A stretch of DNA of 30,514 nt from an uncultured archaeon (GCA_964510585.1 CAZECW010000094.1:1-30514), one strand, 5' to 3'. Positions 17,881 through 26,867 are shown, numbered from the stretch's first letter. Translations and numbers: made by a program. Notes: a model not told the origin generated them from the sequence alone.

Positions 17881-18262
17881 TACTGATTTTATGGTGGCTT
17901 TACTCAAGGGACAGAGTGAAGCTATAAAAAAGGCGGAAGAGATAGAGAGTAGGGGAGAGAGGAAGACAACAACACCCATAGGCGCGTTTGAACTGTTCCT
18001 CGGTGCGAATCTTTCCAAGCATCAATTACAGAACATTAAATTAGTAAATAACTTCCTGCGAAACTTGGAGATTCTGAACTTTGATTTGGCAGCAGCAGAG
18101 AGAGCCGGAAAGATAGAAGCAGAACTCAGAAGATCAGGGAAGCCTATCGGGGTCAGAGACTCTATAGTTGCAGGAATAGCACTAAGACACGAACAAAAAA
18201 TTATCACAAAAAATGTTAAGCATTTTAGTCAAATTAGCGGCCTTTCTTATGAATCTTGGTAA
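17867..18262 (+). CDS. vapC: PIN-domain (VapC) ribonuclease toxin
   Basis: MVCFDTDF, GAFELFLG, IGVRDSIVAGIAL and ITKNVKHF motifs. Confidence 0.92.
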   Translation: MVCFDTDFMVALLKGQSEAIKKAEEIESRGERKTTTPIGAFELFLGANLSKHQLQNIKLVNNFLRNLEILNFDLAAAERAGKIEAELRRSGKPIGVRDSIVAGIALRHEQKIITKNVKHFSQISGLSYESW

Positions 18263-18389
18263 AACACTCACAAAGTTTGGTAATTTTCTAGGGGGATTCA
18301 AACGGATAAGGTTAAGTAACTAAGTAATGAGTACTTGGGATAATAAGTAGGAGGAGTGCGGTTTGAGTAAACATACCAACTTGAAGGGA

Positions 18390-18961
18390 ATGAAGGCAAC
18401 CGTAATTCTGGGCTCACCGAGGAAAAACGGTAATACCTTTTTTGTTAAATAAAACCCTTAATCCACTTAGCAAAGAGCTGGATGCCGAAACATTATTCCT
18501 AGAGGACTATTATTGGGCTATGTACCTCGTGCCTTTCTTGTAAGGAAACCGGCCAATGTTCCATAAAAGATGATATGCGAACAATTTATAGAAAGCTATT
18601 TGAAGCTAATGCTATCATTCTTGCAAACCCTTCACATTTTGGCAGCGTCACAGCTCAGATGAAGACATTTATGGACAGAACATGGCCCTTGAGAAACGGA
18701 AGACTAAAAGACAAGATAGGGGGATCCATCGTCGTGGGAAGAAGATACGCCGAAAACACCCTAGTTACGCTCAACACATTTCTCCTAAGATATGGAGCAA
18801 TAATTGGACGCAGGGGAGTCCTAGGATACGCCTTTGAAAAAAGAGAGATCACCAGAGATCTAGAGGCGATCAAGACGATGCGCGAGCTTCGTGAGGGAAT
18901 GCTTGAACTCATTAAAAATTTTGACAGAAAAGGTAACGGTTTCAAAGAGTGTGAGAAGTAG
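18390..18961 (+). pseudogene. Iron-sulfur flavoprotein / NADPH-dependent FMN reductase family, frameshifted twice
   Basis: ATG 18390 gives MKATVILGSPRKNGNT. A shift at the T6 run (about 18440) and a second at about 18510 lead into IGLCTSCLSCKETGQC (CxxCxxCx5C)...DDM...ANPSHFGSVTAQMKTFMDR. Confidence 0.8.
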
Positions 18962-19095
18962 AACTCGGAAAGGAACTCATAAAGAAAATTTTCAAAATGA
19001 CTAAAGGTACCAAAAAATATAACCGTATTCAGCTCTGGATTTACCTTCTTTTATGATTATGTTGTTTATTTTCTAAACATATTTTATTGAAAAGG

Positions 19096-19132
19096 TTTAA
19101 ATATCAAATGATTAATCGTTAAATGCAAATAC
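19096..19132 (+). promoter_or_regulatory. TATA box plus putative ArsR-type operator of TauE gene
   Basis: TTTAAATA at 19096-19103 and TAATCG-TTAAATGC-AAATAC at 19113-19132. Confidence 0.5.
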
Positions 19133-19151
19133 AACGGTAAAGGTGTAAATT

Positions 19152-20144
19152 ATGGATCCTTTAGTTCTACTGGTGATAATACTGATCTTTGTTGGGATAG
19201 TGGTAGGATTCGCTAATGGTTTCTTTGGAGTCGGTGGCTGTTTTCTAATGGTTCCCTTCATGCATTTTCTCTTTGTCGGTATGGGTGTACCCGCAGACCT
19301 CGCTATAAAGCTAGCCTTCGGTACAAATATGCTGGTGGTTGCACCCACAGCATTCTTCGGAGCTTGGCGCTATCGAAGAGAGATAAAAGAGGCTTTCCCA
19401 ACAAGGAGAGCACTCATACTCACGCTTGGCGCGGCTATAGGTGGTGCTATAGGGAGCTCCTTTGCTCTTCTAACACCGGGTGAATTCTTGAAGATTATCT
19501 TTGGTGTCTTTTGTATTATTGGTGCCTATCGCTTTATGACTGCCAAGCCCAAGCCAATCCAGGTTCTTCCAGAGGCGTTTAGCAGGAAGCAATATTTCTT
19601 GTCAGGCGTTGCAGGTGGTGGAGTTGCACACTACCTGGGTATCGGTGGGGGTCTGGTTTACCTGCTAATTCTAAACTGGTATCTTTCAATCCCCATACAC
19701 CTTAGTGTGGCAGTGTCCCTCGCAACAATGACAGTTAGCTCCGGTGTGGGTGCCACAGTGTTTGGTGTACTGGGTTCACTGTTTCCGCATTCGTCCCTGA
19801 TTTTCATTGATGGGTTTTCCATTAATACAGCGTTAACCCTTTACATACTTTACAATTGGGGATTCACCTACGTGTACCAGCTCTACTACCTAAGCTATCT
19901 TGGGCTTATACCCAATTTCATAAACATGTTCCTCATGAGCCCGTTCCCGCCATTCACCATAGGTTACGTCAATCTCTTAGCATTTGTATCTCTAGCTGCG
20001 ACCAGTATTCCATTCTCAATGGTTGGAGCATGGGCCTCAGTAAGAGTTTCTCCTAGGAAGCTCAGCATACTATTGGCCATCACTTACATCTACGTTGGAT
20101 TGAAACTGATAGGGGTCTTTTCCTACCTTGGATTGCCCATCTAG
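19152..20144 (+). CDS. TauE/SafE (DUF81) sulfite-exporter family membrane protein
   Basis: GFANGFFGVGGCFLMVP, AFGTN, HYLGIGGG and GYVN motifs, with many transmembrane segments. Confidence 0.9.
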   Translation: MDPLVLLVIILIFVGIVVGFANGFFGVGGCFLMVPFMHFLFVGMGVPADLAIKLAFGTNMLVVAPTAFFGAWRYRREIKEAFPTRRALILTLGAAIGGAIGSSFALLTPGEFLKIIFGVFCIIGAYRFMTAKPKPIQVLPEAFSRKQYFLSGVAGGGVAHYLGIGGGLVYLLILNWYLSIPIHLSVAVSLATMTVSSGVGATVFGVLGSLFPHSSLIFIDGFSINTALTLYILYNWGFTYVYQLYYLSYLGLIPNFINMFLMSPFPPFTIGYVNLLAFVSLAATSIPFSMVGAWASVRVSPRKLSILLAITYIYVGLKLIGVFSYLGLPI

Positions 20145-20267
20145 AATAAACCGAATTTAGCAACTAACCTCTTTTCTTTTTATTTTGGTAACCGGCTCTT
20201 TTTTCGAGTTTAAACTCATTATTTGATTATGAATAATTATAGTAGGGGTGTTGAGAGAAGGAGGAGG

Positions 20268-20750
20268 TTATGTTACCTTTTTTGTTACTGGGGCTTTTTT
20301 ACATACGCTGTTTTTTGGGGAAACTATTTGTTTCTCGTAGAGTTCATCCACCTTTTTTGCGATTTCTTCTGCGATTTTGTACGCTAATTCGTAACCAGCC
20401 TCGCCGAGGTCTTCTCGGGATTTGGGAACCAAAGCAGGGTATTTTTTCATTATTTCCTTTACTCTAATGGTTGCTGCTACAGGGCCGCTGTAGTTTTCCA
20501 CAGCAGTTCTGGCACATTCTTCTTCGCACCCTTCAATTGTGATTGTTGGGTGGGTCTTTGCAAATTCCCTTTCTTGGTTTCTACCTTTTCTTTCTAGTCC
20601 TCCAGCCATGAATAGGGGTTGACATAGGATTACAGTTTTTTCAGGTCGTAACTTTTCAAAAGCTATTATTGCAGCAACTCGGGATAAGGTGCCTTCAACC
20701 AAGTCTTCGCCACTGCAGGCAATGAGCCCAATTTTCTGTCTTATAGGCAA
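20268..20750 (-). CDS. DGC-domain putative zinc-binding protein (type B)
   Basis: IACSGEDLVEGT, ILCQP and IEGCEEECA (Cys4). TTG 20750 follows the SD GGTGA (the ORF track starts at 20786). Confidence 0.85.
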   Translation of the reverse strand: MPIRQKIGLIACSGEDLVEGTLSRVAAIIAFEKLRPEKTVILCQPLFMAGGLERKGRNQEREFAKTHPTITIEGCEEECARTAVENYSGPVAATIRVKEIMKKYPALVPKSREDLGEAGYELAYKIAEEIAKKVDELYEKQIVSPKNSVCKKAPVTKKVT

Positions 20751-20751
20751 G

Positions 20752-21171
20752 TTAATCACCGTTTCTTTTTTCTTCAAGTAACTCATTTATTTTTTGGTAG
20801 ATTTTTTCTGCAAGTTTGCGGGATAGTTTTTTTGCATTTTCTCCTAGTGGATAAACACTTCTTTCTGGTTTCAATTCACGATTTTCTTTTAATACATCTG
20901 TTGACAGGAATTGAGCATCAATTTTTCCCACAGCTTCTGAAACATCATTATACGAACACTTTAGAGAACACCCGTCAATCACAATAACTTTGTTTGATTT
21001 TAGTTTATCAATAACTTCTTTTTTCCCCTTAACAATTAGTGGGAGACATTCTGTGTCCGCCTTGCCTTTAGCTAGTTCGTTTACCACGATGTATGCTGCT
21101 TCTCTGCCTATACTGCCATAGACTTTACCTATTCCACTGCAGGGAAGCAGGTAAACTATTTCTTTTGTCAA
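20752..21171 (-). CDS. DGC-domain putative zinc-binding protein (type A)
   Basis: LPCSGIGKVYG, ECLP and IDGCSLKCS. Confidence 0.88.
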   Translation of the reverse strand: MTKEIVYLLPCSGIGKVYGSIGREAAYIVVNELAKGKADTECLPLIVKGKKEVIDKLKSNKVIVIDGCSLKCSYNDVSEAVGKIDAQFLSTDVLKENRELKPERSVYPLGENAKKLSRKLAEKIYQKINELLEEKRNGD

Positions 21172-21173
21172 GC

Positions 21174-22055
21174 TCAGTCGCCTATGTTTTGTGCTCTGTG
21201 TTTTCGTTCTTCTTCTATTTTCTTTTTCATATACTCAAAATAGGCTGGACCGTCCATTAATAATTCTTTATCCTCTTCAAAGTTTTTCAGTTCTACTTCT
21301 ACGAACCATCCCTTCCCATAGGGATCTTGATTTAATAGTTCGGGTGATTTTTCTAGTTCCTTGTTCACCGCGACGACTTTGCCTGAAGCGGGAGTAATCA
21401 GTTGGAGGACAATTTTTATGGATTCAAAGCTTCCTATGTCGTCAAACTGTTCAAATTCCAAACCGATTTCGGGAAATTCCACAAAAATTATGTCGCTTGC
21501 CATGTTTTGGAGGAAATCAGAGATGCCCATAAGCGCCTTTTTACCCATGGGTTTTACCCAGCAATCATTTTCATTAAAATAGTAGCCAGACTTTGGAACT
21601 CTGAAACGGAACTTATCTACGGTGGTTTCAAAATATTCGATTTCTTCCAGCTCCCTAATCTCAGCAACCTCACCTTCTGATTCCTTTAAACTTTCAAGAA
21701 TTTCGGACGCTATGAATTCGGCTAATTTTTGCCCCTCCTCATCCAAAATGAGAGATTTTCCGGGGTTCAACTTGTACTTTTTAACCATGTCGGGCGTAAA
21801 AATTTTTTTACCGGGCCTTAATGATCTTTCATCAAGTAGCTTAGTTGCGCAGCGAGTCATACATCCATCAATCACAATTATATCAGATTCCTTCAAGAGT
21901 TCTTCGTATTTTTCATCTCCCGTATTCAGGAGAACGGGGCATATCAGCTCGATGTCAGGATTCTTTTCTATTAATTTCAATGCCACGTTTCTAGCAACAA
22001 CACCCAAAGACTTATCAAGCCCATTGCAGGGCAAAACACAAACCTTCTTACCCAT
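21174..22055 (-). CDS. DGC-domain / glycine-cleavage-H (lipoyl carrier) fusion protein
   Basis: N-terminal LPCNG, ICP and IDGCMTRCA. C-terminal GISDF..DIIFVEFP..GSFESIK (lipoyl Lys, codon 21414-21416)..PASGKVVAVN..PELLNQDPYGKGW. Confidence 0.9.
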   Translation of the reverse strand: MGKKVCVLPCNGLDKSLGVVARNVALKLIEKNPDIELICPVLLNTGDEKYEELLKESDIIVIDGCMTRCATKLLDERSLRPGKKIFTPDMVKKYKLNPGKSLILDEEGQKLAEFIASEILESLKESEGEVAEIRELEEIEYFETTVDKFRFRVPKSGYYFNENDCWVKPMGKKALMGISDFLQNMASDIIFVEFPEIGLEFEQFDDIGSFESIKIVLQLITPASGKVVAVNKELEKSPELLNQDPYGKGWFVEVELKNFEEDKELLMDGPAYFEYMKKKIEEERKHRAQNIGD

Positions 22056-22068
22056 GAGAAATTCACCT

Positions 22069-22371
22069 CTACTCGCTTTCCTTCCTTAATTCTTTGATTA
22101 GCTTGGTAATCTCTCTTTTGTCGGGAAATGATAGTGCGTCCACAGCGCAGGTTTTGGCGCAAGCCCTACAAAAAACTACACAGTTGTATGGGTTTTTTAC
22201 TATCAGTTTCTTTTCCTCATTTTCTCTCCGCTCGTAAACGTTGTGGGGACAAAACTTGTCGCACTCCATACAGAAATTGCACTTGCTGTAGTCGATTGTG
22301 GGGAACCAGGGAATTTTCTTTCTGGGAACGCCCATAAAGGTTTCCTGTTCCGCATCGTACTCTTTACTCAT
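22069..22371 (-). CDS. 2x[4Fe-4S] ferredoxin-like protein
   Basis: CNFCMECDKFCP and CVVFCRACAKTC, with an N-terminal FMGVPRKKIPWFPTIDY extension. Confidence 0.9.
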   Translation of the reverse strand: MSKEYDAEQETFMGVPRKKIPWFPTIDYSKCNFCMECDKFCPHNVYERRENEEKKLIVKNPYNCVVFCRACAKTCAVDALSFPDKREITKLIKELRKESE

Positions 22372-22762
22372 TCTTTTCTTCCTCCTCCTCTTTCTTTTCT
22401 TGGTATTCTTCTAGGGTTTTTTCAACTAGTTCTACAGCTTGGTCTGTTGTCATTTCTCTTATGTCGAGGGGTATGAGGTCTTTTTTTACATCTAGACCCG
22501 CTTTTTCGAAAGAGTCACGAAACAGTTTATATTGCATGTTGGGAGCGCAACCCGCTATGAGGTATTTTCGTCCGGGACGCAGAAAATCTTCAAGGAAGCG
22601 GTCACCATCTTCTTCGCAAAGCTGTGGATGAATAAACGCATATTCTACGGGTAGTTCTACACGTACCCGGTTAATAAAGTCCCAAATATCCATTTTTGCA
22701 AATCCTGGACATTTACCGGTGCATACGCACATTATAACGCCGATGTCTTTTTCTTCACTCAT
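22364..22762 (-). CDS. Stand-alone HdrA N-terminal-domain-like protein
   Basis: IGVIMCVC, QLCEEDG, IAGCAPNM..LFR and DIRE mirror the HdrA N-terminus (IGVYxCHC, MCSDPG, VAACSP..FR, NIRE). ATG 22762 is preferred; the ORF-track extension runs through the promoter. Confidence 0.7.
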   Translation of the reverse strand: MSEEKDIGVIMCVCTGKCPGFAKMDIWDFINRVRVELPVEYAFIHPQLCEEDGDRFLEDFLRPGRKYLIAGCAPNMQYKLFRDSFEKAGLDVKKDLIPLDIREMTTDQAVELVEKTLEEYQEKKEEEEEKNE

Positions 22763-22880
22763 TTCAAATTTCCACCTTTTTTGCAATGCTTGCCAAAAAT
22801 TTTTCCGAATGAATCTGCCTCTATAATTCTGGAATAAATTTTTTATGAACATAAGGACGAGGGAGTAGATAAATATAAAT

Positions 22881-22900
22881 ATATCGATTAATGGCAATAT
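22881..22900. promoter_or_regulatory. Putative ArsR-type operator
   Basis: ATATCG-ATTAATGG-CAATAT in the divergent intergenic region. Confidence 0.65.
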
Positions 22901-23066
22901 TATAATAAAAGATGTGTAGGTGTCCAAATATTTTCAAAATCCCGACATTAAAGCATTTTTTATTCAAAGATGCTACCAAAAATATCGTTTATAGATAGCA
23001 ATTATAACATTTGTTCTTTTTTGTAGAAAGAGGAAGCGGAATTAATTCAGGCCTAGTAATATTGAT

Positions 23067-23095
23067 ATATTGTCATAAAACGATAAGTTTAAATA
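23067..23095 (+). promoter_or_regulatory. Putative ArsR-type operator plus TATA box
   Basis: ATATTG-TCATAAAA-CGATAA (23067-23086) immediately before TTTAAATA (23088-23095). Confidence 0.6.
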
Positions 23096-23275
23096 CTTCA
23101 CTGAAATTGTACCATTGTCAGAAAGTCTATTTCGCACCCAACTATAACACAAAGAAAGAAATCCTTAAAGCAAATCTTTGACGCATTGCCAAAGAGAAAA
23201 GTGCGGACAATGTAATTTTGTATTCTGGAAATATGTGAAGAACAATTCAGACCTCAGTCAGGGAGGAAGTGAAAA

Positions 23276-23692
23276 TTGACTAAAAAGGTTGTAGTGCTAC
23301 CCTGCAGCGGCGTTGGAAAAGTTTACGGAACAATTTCACGTGAAGCAGCCTACAAAGCAGTCGAAGAACTTAAACTAGGAAAAACATCAATCACCTGTCT
23401 ACCACTACTAGTGGTGGGAGACGATGACGCCGAAAAGCTGGTTCAGGAGAATCCCTGTATCGTCATAAATGGTTGTCCATCAGGCTGCGCGACCTTAGCA
23501 ACTGAGAAGGCTGGAGGAAAGATAGTTCAGATAATTGACGTTACCAAAGTGCTCAAGGAGAACAGAGATTTAAAACCTAACCAGATGGCCATAAGAGAAC
23601 TTGACCCGAAGGGGAAAAAGTTAGCTGAGATAATAGCGGAAAAGATCAGTCAAGAGGTAGATAGAATATTAGACTCAGAGGAAGGAGGTTGA
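23276..23692 (+). CDS. DGC-domain putative zinc-binding protein (type A)
   Basis: LPCSGVGKVYG, TCLP and INGCPSGCA. Paralog of 20752..21171. Confidence 0.88.
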   Translation: MTKKVVVLPCSGVGKVYGTISREAAYKAVEELKLGKTSITCLPLLVVGDDDAEKLVQENPCIVINGCPSGCATLATEKAGGKIVQIIDVTKVLKENRDLKPNQMAIRELDPKGKKLAEIIAEKISQEVDRILDSEEGG

Positions 23693-23696
23693 AACA

Positions 23697-24122
23697 TTGT
23701 TTATTCCAATGGTAGGAGTGGTTCCCTGTAGTGGCGAGGAAATACCTGAAGGGACTGTTGCGAGAATTGCTGCACGCATTGTTTTGGAGAAGTTGAGACC
23801 CACCAAAACCATGACCATCTGCTTGCCTCTATATCTTGCTGGAGGAAAAGATGAGCAGGAGTTTGTCAGGAGGCAACCCACAATTGTCATAGATGGCTGC
23901 GGCAAGGGATGCGCTGAAAAAAGTATAAGAAAAAATGGGGGAAACATAGCCGCAGTAATCAGGGTTCCCGAAATAATGAATGGATGTAAACTTAGGGCAA
24001 AGACCAGGGCCAAGCTGGATGAAGAAGGCGAAAAACTGGCTGAGATAGTAGCAGAAAAAATCGCAGAGGAGGTAGACAGAGTACTCCAAGAAATGAAAAA
24101 GAAAAGCGAACAAGGAGGATAA
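23697..24122 (+). CDS. DGC-domain putative zinc-binding protein (type B)
   Basis: VPCSGEEIPEGT, ICLP and IDGCGKGCA. Paralog of 20268..20750. Confidence 0.88.
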   Translation: MFIPMVGVVPCSGEEIPEGTVARIAARIVLEKLRPTKTMTICLPLYLAGGKDEQEFVRRQPTIVIDGCGKGCAEKSIRKNGGNIAAVIRVPEIMNGCKLRAKTRAKLDEEGEKLAEIVAEKIAEEVDRVLQEMKKKSEQGG

Positions 24123-24253
24123 AACTGACCAAAAAATCAAAAAACGAAATGTTACTTGTCTAACTTTTTCAAATACAAAGTTTTGCGAAAAATTCGCTAA
24201 ACGAATAGTACTCAGGTAAAAAATTTGAAAATGAATTTAGAGGAGGAAAAGAA

Positions 24254-24661
24254 ATGGAAGGAAAAGAAGGTAAGACTGTTATCTATGCTTGTTTTGGTGG
24301 TTTTTCCAATACCGGCATTACTACTGCTTTAGCCAGCATGGATGCGGTAAAAGAGGTTGGACTAGACAAGGTATGTATAGGTTGCTTGGGTGGATTGCCA
24401 ATAAACGTAAGACCTGTTTATGAAAACACTGATAAAGCGAAGAAAATTATTACCGTTGACGGTTGCCCGATGGAATGTTCAAGGAAAACAGTGGAGAATG
24501 CAGGATACAAGATAGCTAAAAGCATTGTACTAGCAAGAGACATCGGAATGAAGAAAAAGTCACTATATGAAGGAAATGAGAAAAACCTGACAGACAACAT
24601 TAATGGGGAAGATGTCAGAAAAGCAAAAGAGCTAATTGTCAAAGCAATACTAGAGGATTAA
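24254..24661 (+). CDS. DGC-domain putative zinc-binding protein (type C)
   Basis: YACFGGFSNTG, IGCLGG and VDGCPMECS. Confidence 0.88.
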   Translation: MEGKEGKTVIYACFGGFSNTGITTALASMDAVKEVGLDKVCIGCLGGLPINVRPVYENTDKAKKIITVDGCPMECSRKTVENAGYKIAKSIVLARDIGMKKKSLYEGNEKNLTDNINGEDVRKAKELIVKAILED

Positions 24662-24987
24662 AAACATCTTAACTAGCCACACCTTATACCTTTTTATTTC
24701 CCAATATTCTCAAAAGGGATAATACACTCTTGCCTAAGGTTAATTCCAAATAATCGATCAAAGTAAAGAAGCGAGTAATAGTTGCAATGTATAGTTAGGA
24801 ATAGTACTAGTAAGCGAAGATTTAAGAGATTCAAGTCTCTTTTTTAAAGGTCTTTCAAACACCAAAATAAAATTACTACTCTTTTTTAATTGTACGCTCT
24901 AGAGAATCTTCGTTATTTGTTGTTAAGTCAAGATTTTTATTTTGATCTTTTGTAATTTTTGTGGACTTCGATCGCTAAGTATAAAAT

Positions 24988-25440
24988 CTAGTCACTTAGT
25001 TTATCGACTGCTTCTGTAGGTGTTAAAGCTTGAATGTTGAGATAGTCTTTGAAGTCTGCGGGGTTCCAGGTTACCAAAACCTCGGAGTAGGCTTCTGCGT
25101 GGGAGGCTATAAGGAAGTCTGGTAAAATTCTTTTTCTCGCTCCTGGCCGTTGAAGAAGGTACTGGGAAAACATTTGCCCAGCTCTCTTTGCGACCTCCAA
25201 GGAACCACCAAGGTGAACTAATATATTGTTTACCGCAAGGAATTTTTGAACATTATACTCTTCTTCCTCCGGATTCCCACTGAGAAATATTCCCGCATAT
25301 AGTTCTGCATACACAACTCCAGAAATTATCAGACTCAGTTTTTTATCTCTAGCCCATCTGAAAAATTTGAGTGTCTCGTGAAAGAATTCGTCGGCTTTGA
25401 GATGGCTAATTATAACACTTGTATCAAGTGAAACTCTCAA
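24988..25440 (-). CDS. vapC: PIN-domain (VapC) toxin
   Basis: LDTSVII, VYAEL, ILPDFLIASHA and LVTWNPADF motifs. Confidence 0.92.
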   Translation of the reverse strand: MRVSLDTSVIISHLKADEFFHETLKFFRWARDKKLSLIISGVVYAELYAGIFLSGNPEEEEYNVQKFLAVNNILVHLGGSLEVAKRAGQMFSQYLLQRPGARKRILPDFLIASHAEAYSEVLVTWNPADFKDYLNIQALTPTEAVDKLSD

Positions 25441-25442
25441 CC

Positions 25443-25700
25443 CTAATCCTCTTCTTCGGCTTTGCCTCTAAGCCATCGTACAATTTCTACTGAGTTTTTC
25501 ATTTTTCCAAAGATAGGATGGTTGTTCCAGACCCCTGCAGTTTCCGCCATGACTTTCTCCCACTCTCCGCCAACCTTCTCTATAATTATTTTGCCGTCTA
25601 CATATCGGACATCGACAATGTCTCCTATGGTTAGCCCTACTTTCTCCCTAATCTCTTGAGGAATTGTTACCTGAAAGCGACGCGTGACCTTTACAAACAA
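25443..25700 (-). CDS. AbrB/MazE/SpoVT-family antitoxin
   Basis: VKVTRRFQVTIPQEIREKVGLTIGDIVDV...GKIIIEK. Confidence 0.9.
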   Translation of the reverse strand: MFVKVTRRFQVTIPQEIREKVGLTIGDIVDVRYVDGKIIIEKVGGEWEKVMAETAGVWNNHPIFGKMKNSVEIVRWLRGKAEEED

Positions 25701-25803
25701 AATACGCTCACCTATTCCTATTAGGTTAATAGGACTATTTAAAAATGTCGAAGATAGTTTTAGGAAGAGACATACTAGAGAAGGAAGAGGTATATTTTTG
25801 TGG

Positions 25804-26859
25804 TTATGGGAGAATTGTTTTTGCTTGCATTATTGCTACTATGAGGTCTGTTGGTTTTATTCCAGGTGTAATAATATTTTGTTTATAAAAATCTTCGACT
25901 ATTTGTTTTATGTTTTGATAGTTGTATGGTTTGTCTTTTAGCATTTTTTCGAGTTGTTTTAGTGCCTGTGGAGGGGTTATGAAGAAGTCTCCGCTTATGT
26001 TTATTTCTTTAATATTGTTGTTGGATATGTTTAGTGAGACGCGTATTAGTCCTCCGGGTGCCTTGTACACGGTTTCGTGTTCAAACTCGAGGCTGCTTCC
26101 AAAAATCCACTCGGGGGAGCTATACTTTTTTTGGAGTTCCCGGGCCATTTCGAGTTCTTCTGGTGTGAGTTTCGAGTCCTGGAACTCGACGCCAAGAGCT
26201 TCTTGGTATCCCCTGCGAACCGCGTTTTTCACAATACTCACGGGAATTGTTGTCCCCAGCTCCCTTTTTATTGTTGTCACTCTATCTCTTACTGAGGATG
26301 CATTCTTGTCCCTGAGTTTTTCGGTGGACACTCTCAGAGCATTTTCTAAATTTTCAAAGTTTAGATCTATGAGGAGTGTTCCGTGATGGATGAGAACATT
26401 ATGGAGTTGGTGCTGAGCGTTTCCAGAAATTTTTCTTTTACCAATAACAATATCATTTACGGGCTTAAACTCTGCCTCCAGTCCCAATAATTTAAGGGCG
26501 ATAATTAAACCTCTACAGAGATACGAGTATGATTCTATGGGGTCTTTGAAGGATCTGAACTTGTTAGTGTCTATGTAGAGTGAGTAGTTTAGGTTTCCCG
26601 AATCCTGGTACACTGCCCCGCCCCCCGATAGTCTTCTAACTATTTTTATTCCCTTCTGTTTACAGTAGTCTACATTCACTTCTTTCTCTACCCGCTGGTT
26701 GCACCCTACACTTACGATTAGGGGGTGTTGCCACACTCTGAGAGCGTTTGGAGAATTTTTTTCCAGTATGCTTCTGGCCATGGTTTCTTCTATTGCTAGG
26801 TTCATGTATGGGTCATCTGAACTATAGTCGATAAAGCGCCAGGACTCCTTCAAAGTCAC
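25804..26859 (-). CDS. lplA: Lipoate-protein ligase A (with C-terminal adenylation-assisting domain)
   Basis: YMNLAIEE, VRRLSGGGAVYQDSGNLNYS, VNDI, RKISGNAQ, HHGTLL and C-terminal YKAPGGLIRV...ISGDFF. Confidence 0.93.
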   Translation of the reverse strand: MTLKESWRFIDYSSDDPYMNLAIEETMARSILEKNSPNALRVWQHPLIVSVGCNQRVEKEVNVDYCKQKGIKIVRRLSGGGAVYQDSGNLNYSLYIDTNKFRSFKDPIESYSYLCRGLIIALKLLGLEAEFKPVNDIVIGKRKISGNAQHQLHNVLIHHGTLLIDLNFENLENALRVSTEKLRDKNASSVRDRVTTIKRELGTTIPVSIVKNAVRRGYQEALGVEFQDSKLTPEELEMARELQKKYSSPEWIFGSSLEFEHETVYKAPGGLIRVSLNISNNNIKEINISGDFFITPPQALKQLEKMLKDKPYNYQNIKQIVEDFYKQNIITPGIKPTDLIVAIMQAKTILP

Positions 26860-26867
26860 CCCGCCCC

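Noticed and set aside
22982-23001. Additional ATATCG half-site
   Set aside because: The right arm at the 8-nt spacing is absent (TAGCAA), so it is not counted as an operator.
21174-26859. Ordinary glycine cleavage system
   Set aside because: Only an H domain (fused to DGC) and ligases are present. No P, T or L protein is in the window.
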